64,000 nt of DNA from an uncultured archaeon (GTDB taxonomy: Archaea; Aenigmatarchaeota; Aenigmatarchaeia; CG10238-14; SCSR01). Shown here in pieces: positions 19,989 through 30,172 of this stretch (positions are counted from its first letter, which is position 1; the number at the start of each line of letters is the position of its first letter). The position numbers were made by a program, and so were the translations under genes. Where the stretch lies: NCBI GenBank assembly GCA_964570195.1, contig CAZMWU010000001.1, positions 7,433 through 71,432 on the forward strand. The letters run 5' to 3'. The notes below the pieces were generated by a model, which made no database searches, was not told where the DNA came from, and saw only the letters and a program-made list of their open reading frames with translations.

Positions 19989-21005
19989 TCATATGAAATG
20001 AAAATAAATAAGATAAAACCCGATGAGTGATACAACTATTTGCATTAAAATCAGAGTTAATGTGATTTGTTTCTCAGTCAACGTCTTTATGTTCATGATT
20101 AAATGTGTTATACTGTAGATTTTTTTACCATATGGTGCATAAAGTTTTCCATCCGATTTTAATAACCCTAAACTACTAGCTTTAAATTTGGATTTCATTT
20201 TTAAGAGAAATTCTACGATGAAAGGCGTAATTAGAATGATACCAAGTTTTTCCATATTACCCGCGATTACTCCACCAGCAACTAACGCCCCAAGAAGATA
20301 AGTTAATGAGTCACCTGGCAAGATTTTTGCTGGATACCAGTTGTATATTATAAACCCAATCAAAGATACAGCAGCAACTAAAAATAGAATAGCTATATTA
20401 CTTTGATTTAAAAAGGCAAAAATGCCAAGTGTCAGCATGTAAACTATTCCCATACCAGATTCCGATCCATTAAATCCCCCCAACATATTGATAGCATTGC
20501 TTGCGCCGATAAACCCAATAGGTATCAACAACAAGGGGTACAATATACCGAAATCAATGATTCCAAAAAATGGCAAATTTACTGTTGAATCACCTACGCT
20601 AATTACCATTAACGGTATGGCTGCAGGTAAAGTGAGCAGTGGTTTAAGCCATTGAGGAAGTCCAACACGAATATCTCTTTTTTTCGATTCGTATCGTATT
20701 ACATTCAAATCATCAAGCAGACCAATTAATGTGACTATCAGAACAGACGACATTATTGCAAATAAATACAAAATAGCGTTTGATATTCCCACCAAAAAAG
20801 TTGTTAAGCCGATGTAAGTTAAAAGACCTCCTAAAATACCAGAAGATACAGCTAACCCCCCAGAAGATGGTAATATTGGTTTATTTTTTTTATGTTGATC
20901 TATACCTACTACACCAGTTCTACGTAAAAATTTAATTAGGAATGGAATAGCAAAGAAGGTTGTAAAAAAGGAAACGATTAAAGAACTTAAAACAATTAAA
21001 TCCAT
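19989..21005 (-). CDS. aglH: UDP-GlcNAc:dolichol-P GlcNAc-1-P transferase (AglH/Alg7, MraY family)
   Basis: D.HK..KP.LP..GG, GLLDD, NAINMLGGFNG.E and NWYPAKILPGD motifs. Confidence 0.82.
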   Translation of the reverse strand: MDLIVLSSLIVSFFTTFFAIPFLIKFLRRTGVVGIDQHKKNKPILPSSGGLAVSSGILGGLLTYIGLTTFLVGISNAILYLFAIMSSVLIVTLIGLLDDLNVIRYESKKRDIRVGLPQWLKPLLTLPAAIPLMVISVGDSTVNLPFFGIIDFGILYPLLLIPIGFIGASNAINMLGGFNGSESGMGIVYMLTLGIFAFLNQSNIAILFLVAAVSLIGFIIYNWYPAKILPGDSLTYLLGALVAGGVIAGNMEKLGIILITPFIVEFLLKMKSKFKASSLGLLKSDGKLYAPYGKKIYSITHLIMNIKTLTEKQITLTLILMQIVVSLIGFYLIYFHFI

Positions 21006-21025
21006 TTAAACAACCAACCCGTTCA

Positions 21026-22636
21026 TTATTGATTATTGTATATAACTTCATAAATTATATTACCGTCGCATCCGCCCTGTTGGATGCACTGTTCCAATGG
21101 AGGTCCATTCTCATAAACTTTTTTGAATATTTCTGGATTATTTTCTAAAAGTCTCACGAAATCAAATGAATAACTTTCTTGTGACGGTTGTTGACTCAGG
21201 CTGAATTTTTGAATAAAAAGATGTGTTATACCATGCATTTCCGACACGTCTCTTATAGATTCAGGATCATTGTTTAGTCGAATATCTGCCCATGCACTAC
21301 TTACGGTTCTTTGACAACTATACGCAGCTCTAGTACCCCAGAACGTCATTAATACAATATTCTCATCAAGATTTTCTTTCACCCAGTTACAAGACTCGAA
21401 AAATAAAGGAGAAAATGTCTTAACCTGTCCCATTACCGCTAACTTGTTAGTAATATTTTGGTAACCGAAAACCAATATTATCATTACAATAACTAAGCCC
21501 AAATATTTCTGATATTTTTGTAAAAGTGTATATAACTCACCCCAATACCGTGAACTTACAATAGCTATTATTGTTGCCCATGGAAGTAGTTGTCTTGCCG
21601 CATCTTCTGACCTTGACCTTATTTGGTACATTGCAATTAACCCAAGAATTAACATTACTATTAAAATCGGGGTAACCTTATCACGTTTCTTAATAAGTAT
21701 AATCAACCCACCAATAAGTCCTATAAGAATAAGCCATATGTTACCATATGTGAAAATTATAAAGTTCTGAAGTCCAAACCTTAGTAAGTCTAGTTCTGTG
21801 CCACCAGCTAAAGTTCTAGTTTCAAATTTATATTTTTCTTCAAAATTTCTGATTTCGCAACCACTTTCATCAAATAGAGGCAATTGTTGGCATTGGGGTG
21901 TCCCATAATAGTACAAATTTCTCAAAAAAAATGGCGCCGAAACAATTAAAACAATCGTACCATAGATTAGATAATTTTTAAGGCTATCACGAAATCTTTT
22001 TTCTTTGAATGAAGTATATAAAAACATTGCAGCTAAGAATGCAAAGATCATTATACCTGCATGTTTAGTTAATATTGCAAGACCAGCAAACAAAGCTGAT
22101 AGCACAAAATATTTTCTATTTTCCTCCTTTACAGCAATCGAAAAAGTTAAAATAAATAGACTAATATAAAGTACGAATAACATTTCATCGAAAGACAAGA
22201 CAGAATATGTTATGAAAGAAGGGAAAGTAATTAATAAAAGAGTTGCAATTAACCCAACTTCCCGATTAAATAATTTTTTTGCCGTTAAAAATACAGAAAT
22301 TCCAATTAAAGAGGCTATAAATGGTGGAAATAGTTTGAAAATAATTTCATGTGTTCCCAGAACGAAAAGGAACCCTGCCTCTAAAATATTAAACAATGGT
22401 GGTCTGGCGTAGTGTGCTTTGTAAACTTTTGTAACTCCGAATGGAACCCACTGAGGATATTCTACATTTCCAGCTATGTACCTAGCTATTTCAGCGTGAA
22501 AACCCTCATCACCAAAAGTTATATTCGTTTTAAGAGAAACATTAGCCTCCAGAATAAAAAGCAATCCGATTAAAATCAACAATAACAAAAACAAATATTG
22601 CGAGGTTAGTCCAATTTTCGTTTTATCACCCATCAA
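21026..22636 (-). CDS. GT-C (GT39/ArnT-like) glycosyltransferase with soluble C-terminal domain
   Basis: GDEGFH, RPPLF, AILTK and RNLYYYG motifs; multi-TM. Confidence 0.78.
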   Translation of the reverse strand: MMGDKTKIGLTSQYLFLLLLILIGLLFILEANVSLKTNITFGDEGFHAEIARYIAGNVEYPQWVPFGVTKVYKAHYARPPLFNILEAGFLFVLGTHEIIFKLFPPFIASLIGISVFLTAKKLFNREVGLIATLLLITFPSFITYSVLSFDEMLFVLYISLFILTFSIAVKEENRKYFVLSALFAGLAILTKHAGIMIFAFLAAMFLYTSFKEKRFRDSLKNYLIYGTIVLIVSAPFFLRNLYYYGTPQCQQLPLFDESGCEIRNFEEKYKFETRTLAGGTELDLLRFGLQNFIIFTYGNIWLILIGLIGGLIILIKKRDKVTPILIVMLILGLIAMYQIRSRSEDAARQLLPWATIIAIVSSRYWGELYTLLQKYQKYLGLVIVMIILVFGYQNITNKLAVMGQVKTFSPLFFESCNWVKENLDENIVLMTFWGTRAAYSCQRTVSSAWADIRLNNDPESIRDVSEMHGITHLFIQKFSLSQQPSQESYSFDFVRLLENNPEIFKKVYENGPPLEQCIQQGGCDGNIIYEVIYNNQ

Positions 22637-23601
22637 GTTATCCCTAATATTCTTTCTTGATGCTTTATGACTTTTTCTAGACCTTCTTTTAACGAGATTT
22701 TTTGTCTCCAGCCCATATTTGTTAAGCGACTTATGTCGGAATAGCGAGTCATTACACCAAAGGGTTTATCTTGTAAAGTTCTAATTTCTGGGTTATATCC
22801 TTTAATTTCACACATTATTTTAGCAGCCTCAATGAAAGAAGTCGGTTTACTAGAACCTATGTTTACGGCTGAACCGTCAGTAATAGTATCAATGACCAGC
22901 ATCATAGCATCTATAACATCAGATATATACACAAAGTCTCTCTTTTGATTTCCCGGACCCCATATAATTAATGGGTCTTCTTTCTTAACAACTCTTTGAG
23001 CGATTGCTGGTATAGGATAACTCGCATCTTGATCATGACCATATCCTGAAAATGGTCTAATAATAGATACATCTAAATTATAGTGCTTGACAAGTAACTT
23101 GCACAGATACTCACCTGTCAGCTTGCTCCACCCATAAGTCATATCGGGCATCTTTAAGTTATCGAAATCTATATGATTTTCCTTAAGATTCAAATAGTCT
23201 TTTTCACCCTGTAATTTTATTGGATATGCAGCACTTGAACTGGCATAAAGAAACTTCCCGACCTTTTCTTTATTTTCTGCTACCCAATTGAGAAAAATAG
23301 AGTCAATCGCTAGATCTGTCGCAACCTTTATAGGATTACCCTCTATAAGTGATCTGCCTCCAACAATAGAAGCCAAGTGAAACACGTATTTGAAAGATGG
23401 GAAATCTGGATTACCTTTGAAAAGTTTTATAACATCTTCATTTATAAACTGGTAATTGTTCCCAGTAAGCCACTCATCCGGGAATTTTCCTACTGACAGA
23501 TCGTCAACTATGTAGACAAAAAAGCCCCTTTCTATAAGCCTGTTAACTAGGTGTCTACCTACAAAGCCACATCCTCCAGTTACTAGTACATTTTCAGTCA
23601 T
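22633..23601 (-). CDS. NAD-dependent epimerase/dehydratase (GDP-mannose 3,5-epimerase-like)
   Basis: TGGCGFVG, SSSAAYP and YGWSK motifs. Confidence 0.85.
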   Translation of the reverse strand: MTENVLVTGGCGFVGRHLVNRLIERGFFVYIVDDLSVGKFPDEWLTGNNYQFINEDVIKLFKGNPDFPSFKYVFHLASIVGGRSLIEGNPIKVATDLAIDSIFLNWVAENKEKVGKFLYASSSAAYPIKLQGEKDYLNLKENHIDFDNLKMPDMTYGWSKLTGEYLCKLLVKHYNLDVSIIRPFSGYGHDQDASYPIPAIAQRVVKKEDPLIIWGPGNQKRDFVYISDVIDAMMLVIDTITDGSAVNIGSSKPTSFIEAAKIMCEIKGYNPEIRTLQDKPFGVMTRYSDISRLTNMGWRQKISLKEGLEKVIKHQERILGIT

Positions 23602-23771
23602 ATAGCACTTGTATGAATACTTTATATTAATATTTAAATTTTCACTTCTTTCTCATATATTCACAAATAGGAGTTAGAGAGGCTCCCGTAACAAAAACAA
23701 CGCTTATGCAACATTAGAAAAGTCAAATTATTTTGAAATTTAAATCTGTTACTATTACTATAACTTATACT

Positions 23772-24986
23772 ATGAAATGTCAAGTATGCTCAAGTGAGAA
23801 CTTATACAATGTCTTAGATTTGGGGCATCAACCACCAAGTGACGATTTTTTGACAGAAGAGAGATTAAACGAAGAGGAAGTTTTTTATCCATTAAAAGTA
23901 ATTTATTGCGAAGATTGTAAACTCGTCCAACTTAACTATGAAATTGACCCAAATGTTGTTTTTAGAGAAAACTATGTTTACATGTCGTCTTCAAACAAAA
24001 TTTTTATTCAGCACGCACATTCCCTAGTAGATAGGTTAGTACATGAATTCAAGCTAACTGAAAATGATTTTGTAATAGATATAGGATCCAATGACGGTAC
24101 TTTACTCGAGGCGTATAACCCATATAAAATAAAAATTCTTGGTACAGATCCGTCAAGTGTAGCCAAAGTGGCAATTGGAAAGGGTATTCCTACAATAAAC
24201 GCATTCTTCAATGAGGAACTAGCAGAAACAATTATTAAAGAACATGGTAAAGCAAAGATTATTACTGGTCTAAATGTTTTCGCACATGTAAAGGAATTAA
24301 AATCATTACTTAATGGAGTTAATGTGCTTTTAGAAGATTCAGGAACTTTTATAACAGAATCTCATTACCTTTTGGACATGATTGAGAAACTACAATATGA
24401 TGAAATATACCATGAACACTTGAGGTACTATTCCATAGAATCACTTATTAATTTGTTCAAGCGATTTAACATGGACGTATTTCATGCCGAGCGTACTAAT
24501 AATCAGGGCGGATCAATAATTGTATTCGCTTGCAAAAAAGGTCAAAAAAATATATCAGATTCTGTTTCGTCAATTCTTGAAGTTGAAAAAGATTACAATT
24601 TAAATTCTCATAAAACTTTCGACAACTTTAGAGAAAGAGTCAATGAAATTAAAATGAAACTGCGTAACATGTTGTATGAAATCAAAGCGAATGGTAATAT
24701 CATAGTAGGGATTGGAGCACCTGCAAAAGGCACAACTTTATTGAATTTCTGTAAAATCGATTCAAATATCCTTGACTATTTAGTGGAGACCAACCAATTT
24801 AAAGTTGGTAAATATTCACCAGGTATGCATATCAAAATCCTAGATGAGTCCACCTTAATAAAAGACCAACCTGAATATGCGTTAATGTTACCATGGAATA
24901 TTAAGGACAATATAATACCTAAATTACGCGAGAAAGGTTATATCGGAAAAATAATTATACCAAATCCCGAACCTACTATTGAGTAA
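23772..24986 (+). CDS. NDP-hexose C-methyltransferase (TylCIII/EryBIII/NovU-type)
   Basis: CxxC...CxxC Zn site, DIGSNDG, IYHEHLRYYS and GAPAKGTTLLN motifs. Confidence 0.9.
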   Translation: MKCQVCSSENLYNVLDLGHQPPSDDFLTEERLNEEEVFYPLKVIYCEDCKLVQLNYEIDPNVVFRENYVYMSSSNKIFIQHAHSLVDRLVHEFKLTENDFVIDIGSNDGTLLEAYNPYKIKILGTDPSSVAKVAIGKGIPTINAFFNEELAETIIKEHGKAKIITGLNVFAHVKELKSLLNGVNVLLEDSGTFITESHYLLDMIEKLQYDEIYHEHLRYYSIESLINLFKRFNMDVFHAERTNNQGGSIIVFACKKGQKNISDSVSSILEVEKDYNLNSHKTFDNFRERVNEIKMKLRNMLYEIKANGNIIVGIGAPAKGTTLLNFCKIDSNILDYLVETNQFKVGKYSPGMHIKILDESTLIKDQPEYALMLPWNIKDNIIPKLREKGYIGKIIIPNPEPTIE

Positions 24987-24990
24987 AACT

Positions 24991-25806
24991 TTATAATGTT
25001 TTTTTATAAGCAATCCAATATAGCTTATCTATATTTTCTATTTCATAATTATACTTTTCAAGTATAGCTTCGCACTTTTTAACATGTTCTTCATCCCACG
25101 CCTCAAAAATTATTTTTGCATTACCCTCCTTTAAAACATTTTCCATCCCTTCCAATACCTGAGGTTCAGCACCCTCCACATCAATTTTAATAAAATCAAA
25201 GTTCTTTATCTTTAGTTCTTCTGCTATATTATCTACAGTATCGGCGTTAACTTTTATGTAGTTGTTTGAGACTTTAACAGAAGATGCTAGAACAGGTTGA
25301 TTTTCATGTGAAAAGAGTTTTAATGGTTCTTTTTTATTCCAGGCTGCGACTTTGATCGGAATAACATTTTCACACTTATTGAGTTTCATATTTTTAATTA
25401 AAATGTCAAAATTTTTGGGATGTGGTTCAATTGAGACTACCATGCCTTCTTTCCTGATTTGATTACTTATCATAACAGTATACTTTCCTACATTTGCACC
25501 TATGTCTAAAAACATTCCTTTATTGATTGATTTGAAGTATTTTCTTAGATTGGATTCAAATCGTTCCGAAATTATATCCAAGTTAACATTATCCTTACAA
25601 AAGAAAAGTCCGTCTGAGTTTTTAACAATAAATCCAGAAAAGAACAAACTAGGATGCACTATTAATTTTTTTGCAATAATGAAACTTACACGATTTATAG
25701 GATATAATAGTAAGAATAAAAAATTATGTAAAAATATCTTTACCTTGTCTTTTAGCATATAGCCATCTTTAAAGCGTGTAATAAAAATATAAAATCGTTT
25801 TAACAT
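24991..25806 (-). CDS. FkbM-family methyltransferase
   Basis: DIGANVG, IEPHP.N and KIDVEGAE motifs. Confidence 0.9.
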   Translation of the reverse strand: MLKRFYIFITRFKDGYMLKDKVKIFLHNFLFLLLYPINRVSFIIAKKLIVHPSLFFSGFIVKNSDGLFFCKDNVNLDIISERFESNLRKYFKSINKGMFLDIGANVGKYTVMISNQIRKEGMVVSIEPHPKNFDILIKNMKLNKCENVIPIKVAAWNKKEPLKLFSHENQPVLASSVKVSNNYIKVNADTVDNIAEELKIKNFDFIKIDVEGAEPQVLEGMENVLKEGNAKIIFEAWDEEHVKKCEAILEKYNYEIENIDKLYWIAYKKTL

Positions 25807-25810
25807 TCTA

Positions 25811-26548
25811 TCACTCAGGTCTATCGATTGAGGTTATTTCACCATTTTTAACTGATACACTACCACCATTCGGTACATTTAATTTCCCTGTCAAAATATC
25901 TCTCACAATATTAGCAATAACTTCAGGTGATTGTTGACTTTCAGCATCATTAAAAAGTTCATCTCTCATCCGTGTGTTCACACCAGCAGGACATATTGAA
26001 ACACAAGATACGTTGGTATTTAATTCCTTTACCTCTTTTCCAATGGCTGCAGTCAAACCCTGTAATGCAAATTTACTTGCAGAATAAATAGGCAGTATAG
26101 GATTGCTTTTTTTACCTGCACCTGAAGACATGTTTATAATTATCCCGCTGTCTTGCTTTTTCATTACAGGCAGAATTTCCCTGACAAAATAAAATATAGA
26201 ATCGACATTGGTTTTGAAAATATTTTCATATTCCTCGTCTGTCACATCTTCAATGTATTTTGTCTTGTTCGTCCAACCGGCACTATTTACTAGTATATCT
26301 ATCCTACCATATGTGGTTATAATATCATCTAAAAATTTCTCTATCTGTTTCTTTTCTTTTACATCAACCACATAATATTCGCATTTACCATTATCGGATA
26401 TAATCGCTTTACAGACACCCTTCAAATTGTCTTCGTTCCGAGCACATATAATAACCTGAGCACCTTCCTTAGCCAATACTTCCGCTATGGATTTGCCAAT
26501 ACCTGTGCTACCTCCTGTTATTATAGCGATTTTTTGCTCTAGTTTCAT
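25811..26548 (-). CDS. SDR oxidoreductase
   Basis: TGGSTGIG, NSAG and YSASK motifs. Confidence 0.9.
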   Translation of the reverse strand: MKLEQKIAIITGGSTGIGKSIAEVLAKEGAQVIICARNEDNLKGVCKAIISDNGKCEYYVVDVKEKKQIEKFLDDIITTYGRIDILVNSAGWTNKTKYIEDVTDEEYENIFKTNVDSIFYFVREILPVMKKQDSGIIINMSSGAGKKSNPILPIYSASKFALQGLTAAIGKEVKELNTNVSCVSICPAGVNTRMRDELFNDAESQQSPEVIANIVRDILTGKLNVPNGGSVSVKNGEITSIDRPE

Positions 26549-26608
26549 GTAAATCTACAATTACTATATAAATATAAAATTAATTGTTACAATAATTAGA
26601 GGCATTAC

Positions 26609-26992
26609 ATGTATAAAACAACAAAAATTTCACCAGTCTTTACCGATGAAAGAGGTACTATTAGTGATATACTTGAAACCACAATAAATCATATAGGTCT
26701 GATAACTTCGAAAAAAGGATCTATTAGAGGTAAACATTACCATAAAAAATCTACACAATACATCTTTGTTATTAGCGGAAAATTAGAGTCTTTTACAAAA
26801 GATATGAATGTAGAAAATTCGAAGGTAGAATCACATATACTGGTTCCAGGTGATTTGGAAACAGTATCGCCAATGTTAGCTCACGCCCATAAGGCGCTTG
26901 AAGATTCAGTTTTTCTTAACTTCACTACAGAATCACGAAAAGAGAGTGGTTATGAAGACGATACAATTAGAGTAGAGATGAATTTAGAATGA
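26609..26992 (+). CDS. Cupin (sugar 3,4-ketoisomerase/3,5-epimerase-like)
   Basis: DERG, RGKHYH and a downstream H motif. Confidence 0.75.
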   Translation: MYKTTKISPVFTDERGTISDILETTINHIGLITSKKGSIRGKHYHKKSTQYIFVISGKLESFTKDMNVENSKVESHILVPGDLETVSPMLAHAHKALEDSVFLNFTTESRKESGYEDDTIRVEMNLE

Positions 26993-27924
26993 ACTGGGAA
27001 GGTAAAAAAGTAGTTGTAACCGGCGGCGCTGGGTTTGTAGGTTCTCATCTGGCTGAGAAGTTAGTTAATTTAGGGGCCGATGTGACGATAGCAGATATGA
27101 TAGCTAAATCAACCACTATTAACCTTGAGGAGATTAAGAACAGAATAAAAATAGTCGATATAGATATATCAAAAAAAGATGATTTTAATAAACTTGAAAA
27201 TGATCAAGACTATTTATTTCATTTGGGAGCCGTTAGTCAACCTCGTACATGTCAAGAAAACCCTGAACTAGCCTTTAATGTTAACGTTGTAGGAACCTTA
27301 AACACATTAAACTTCGCCACAAAAAGTAATGTTAAAAAATTCATTTTTTCTTCTTCTGTACTTCTTTATGGAACACCAAAATATCTCCCGATAGACGAGA
27401 ACCATCCTTTGGATTTGTCGAATAATTTTTATAGCTTGACCAAAAAAATAGGAGAAGACCTTTGCGACTATTATAGTACTGTAAAGAACTTACCGGCAAT
27501 TTATTTAAGATTTTCTAATATGTTCGGTCCCAAACAAGCTTCAGACTATATAATACCAACCATAATTATTCAAGCTATCAAGGATAAAAAGATAGAGGTT
27601 TGGAACGATCAATTTGTAAGAGATTTTACATTCATTTCAGATACGATAGACGCACTTATCACATCTGTGGAAAGTGACTTTATAGGAGGTCCTGTCAACA
27701 TAAGTTCTGGTAGCAAGATAAAGATAGCTGAAGTAGCTACTAATATAGCCGGTTATACGAACGCCACAATAAGTTCATTAAATAAAAGCCTATCTTCACC
27801 TCTAATTTTACATTGTGCTAATGATTTGGCGAAAAAGACATTAGGATGGTCTCCAAATGTGTCTTTCGAAGAAGGTTTGAAAGCAACCTTTGATTGGTAT
27901 AAAAATAATTTGCACAGATTTTAA
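26989..27924 (+). CDS. NAD-dependent epimerase/dehydratase
   Basis: TGGAGFVGSH, YSLTK and RDFTFISD motifs. Confidence 0.88.
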   Translation: MNWEGKKVVVTGGAGFVGSHLAEKLVNLGADVTIADMIAKSTTINLEEIKNRIKIVDIDISKKDDFNKLENDQDYLFHLGAVSQPRTCQENPELAFNVNVVGTLNTLNFATKSNVKKFIFSSSVLLYGTPKYLPIDENHPLDLSNNFYSLTKKIGEDLCDYYSTVKNLPAIYLRFSNMFGPKQASDYIIPTIIIQAIKDKKIEVWNDQFVRDFTFISDTIDALITSVESDFIGGPVNISSGSKIKIAEVATNIAGYTNATISSLNKSLSSPLILHCANDLAKKTLGWSPNVSFEEGLKATFDWYKNNLHRF

Positions 27925-27953
27925 TTAATTTAATCCAACATCAAATAAGCTGT

Positions 27954-29066
27954 TCATAATTTCGAGTCTGGTATTGTGGAATGATTATAGGTTCTGGCAA
28001 CGTCTTCGTACACCCTTAAATGATGTTCTGCCACAGCTTTCCAATTCGCTAATTCTCTAAATTTATTTATTCCAGGAATATACGAATGATAGTTTTTAAA
28101 TATCTCTTTTATACCCTCAGCTATTTGTTCAGGGTTTTTGGTCTCAACTACAACACCACAGTTGAATTCTTCTACCGTTTCACTTATAGGTCCGGTTCTT
28201 GTAACAACTACAGGTATCCTGTATGCGAATGCTTCATTCAATGCTGCAGATTGGTATGGTGCCCATAGATAAGGTAGAACGACAATATCCGCTTTCCTAT
28301 ATAACTCGGACTTTTCCTCTTCGGTTATCCAACCAAACTCAAGTGTAATGTTCTTCAAGTCGTTTTTTCTAATTTCATTCTCAAGCATCCTTACATATGA
28401 TGGATTTATTACTAGTCCTTTTATGAAGAGTTTAAAATCTGGAAGCAACTTCATTGCCTTTATCAAATATTCCAATCCCTTTTCTGGAGCTATTGCACCT
28501 TGAAATAGTATGTTTTTACCCCCTTGTTTTTCAATATCAACAGGGTTCAGTCCATAATAAATCCATTCAGCATCAATCCCACTCTTTAATAAGATCTTTC
28601 TATGAGCCTTGGCGTATACAATTATCTTAGTAGCCCTTTTAATCACCATTTTTTCGAACCATTTAACTATGATGTCTTTAATATTTCTGGATGATGTGTG
28701 CAATTCATTTAACGTCACAACTACAGGGATACCGAGATTTAGTGCATTTATGAGTCTCATGTTCGCAATCAAAGTTTTGAAATATGCAAGAGGTTTGAAT
28801 ATACTTTTTTGATCCAAATGTCTACCACTAGCTATATATTGGACGTGTAAGACATCTATGTTTTCTTTTTTTATTATACCAGCAATATCTTTCATGAAAT
28901 TCTTCGTTAATGCGACTTTGTAATTGCATTCCGAATTTCCTAAACCAATTTTTACTATTTCACATTTTCCTTTCAGATTTTCTGTAATATTTTCTAAAAA
29001 AAGTACAATCCCTCCTTGTTCTGGCGGAAATCTGCCAAAAAAACCCACTTTAATCATATTTTTCAC
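27954..29066 (-). CDS. GT4 glycosyltransferase
   Basis: FPP..GGI, EKGLEYL and LPY....SAAL.EA motifs. Confidence 0.85.
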   Translation of the reverse strand: MKNMIKVGFFGRFPPEQGGIVLFLENITENLKGKCEIVKIGLGNSECNYKVALTKNFMKDIAGIIKKENIDVLHVQYIASGRHLDQKSIFKPLAYFKTLIANMRLINALNLGIPVVVTLNELHTSSRNIKDIIVKWFEKMVIKRATKIIVYAKAHRKILLKSGIDAEWIYYGLNPVDIEKQGGKNILFQGAIAPEKGLEYLIKAMKLLPDFKLFIKGLVINPSYVRMLENEIRKNDLKNITLEFGWITEEEKSELYRKADIVVLPYLWAPYQSAALNEAFAYRIPVVVTRTGPISETVEEFNCGVVVETKNPEQIAEGIKEIFKNYHSYIPGINKFRELANWKAVAEHHLRVYEDVARTYNHSTIPDSKL

Positions 29067-29092
29067 ACGCAGGTTTTATATGCACAAAATAG

Positions 29093-30064
29093 TTATTTCT
29101 CCTCATCGAGAAAATGTTTATAATAATCCTTTTTAGTGCTTCTTATAATTTCACAATCTATCAAGGCCTTCTCCAAAACAGCCTTCATACCATTTTCAAT
29201 GAAAAGAGGATCAAAGTCATTTAAATAACAATACGCTACAAACATTTCTCTCGCAAAGAAATTATTAAACCATGCGTGTATAGTCGATGAAATTAATTTG
29301 TTTATAGCAATCTTCTTATCCAACTTTTCCACACCAGTTCCCCATTCTAGGAAATATGTTTTCTCAAGATTGGCAGTCTTTTCTACTTTCAACATTTTTG
29401 ATAAATCAATTCTCAAATTTGGATCGACGTACAGATAAAGTGGCGGCAATTTAGAAATGATGTATTTTGCAAATAGTTTTGCTTTGTTCATCGGAGATAG
29501 TCTTAGATTTTCGACATTTTTTGAATGAAAATAGATACCAGCCTTTTCTGGAAAAGAAAATATACGGCCGTTTTTTGCTAAAATTACTGTATCATCCCCC
29601 AAAACGCCGAAATTTCTTCTAGCCAAACCGAATACTGTCGACGATTTTCCCATTTCAGACCAAGCAGATATCAAAAATCCTTTACCGTTTTTCGTTATGC
29701 CACCAGAATGTATTAATGTGCAACCCTTTTCCAAAAGTTTAATTTCAAGAAGAATGTCTATTATTACAGCTATGCCGAAAAAACTTCGTGTGAATTTTGT
29801 GAAATAAAATTTCGTCTTCTTCTTTTTCAAATCCTTAATCAAAATTTTTTGCACTGATCTGCCGTAAGCTGTGTAGTCAAGAAATAATGTGTCATTTCCC
29901 CCCCGAAATTTCAGACCCAGCTTGTCGTACTTGTCTTCATCAAAATCGATATCGGTTTCTCTTATTTCCAAATCTATGCTCTTAGGTTTACCTATGAAAT
30001 ATTCAGGTAAGATGTCGACGTTCGAATCTATGCCGACAATATCGTGAATGTTGTAAATTGGTAT
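29093..30064 (-). CDS. HPr-kinase-like P-loop protein; probable AUA start at 30064
   Basis: LIHSGG...AWSEMGKSST...LGDD motifs; the frame is open 31 codons upstream of the TTG at 29971 to an ATA preceded by GGTGA. Confidence 0.65.
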   Translation of the reverse strand: MPIYNIHDIVGIDSNVDILPEYFIGKPKSIDLEIRETDIDFDEDKYDKLGLKFRGGNDTLFLDYTAYGRSVQKILIKDLKKKKTKFYFTKFTRSFFGIAVIIDILLEIKLLEKGCTLIHSGGITKNGKGFLISAWSEMGKSSTVFGLARRNFGVLGDDTVILAKNGRIFSFPEKAGIYFHSKNVENLRLSPMNKAKLFAKYIISKLPPLYLYVDPNLRIDLSKMLKVEKTANLEKTYFLEWGTGVEKLDKKIAINKLISSTIHAWFNNFFAREMFVAYCYLNDFDPLFIENGMKAVLEKALIDCEIIRSTKKDYYKHFLDEEK

Positions 30065-30172
30065 TTTATCACCGCTTCTCCAAAGATGAATTTAATTTAT
30101 CGGTTTTTATTGTTATCTTAACATTAAGATGGCTATTTAAAAGTTACCATTGTAATATAACCAAGTGATCCT

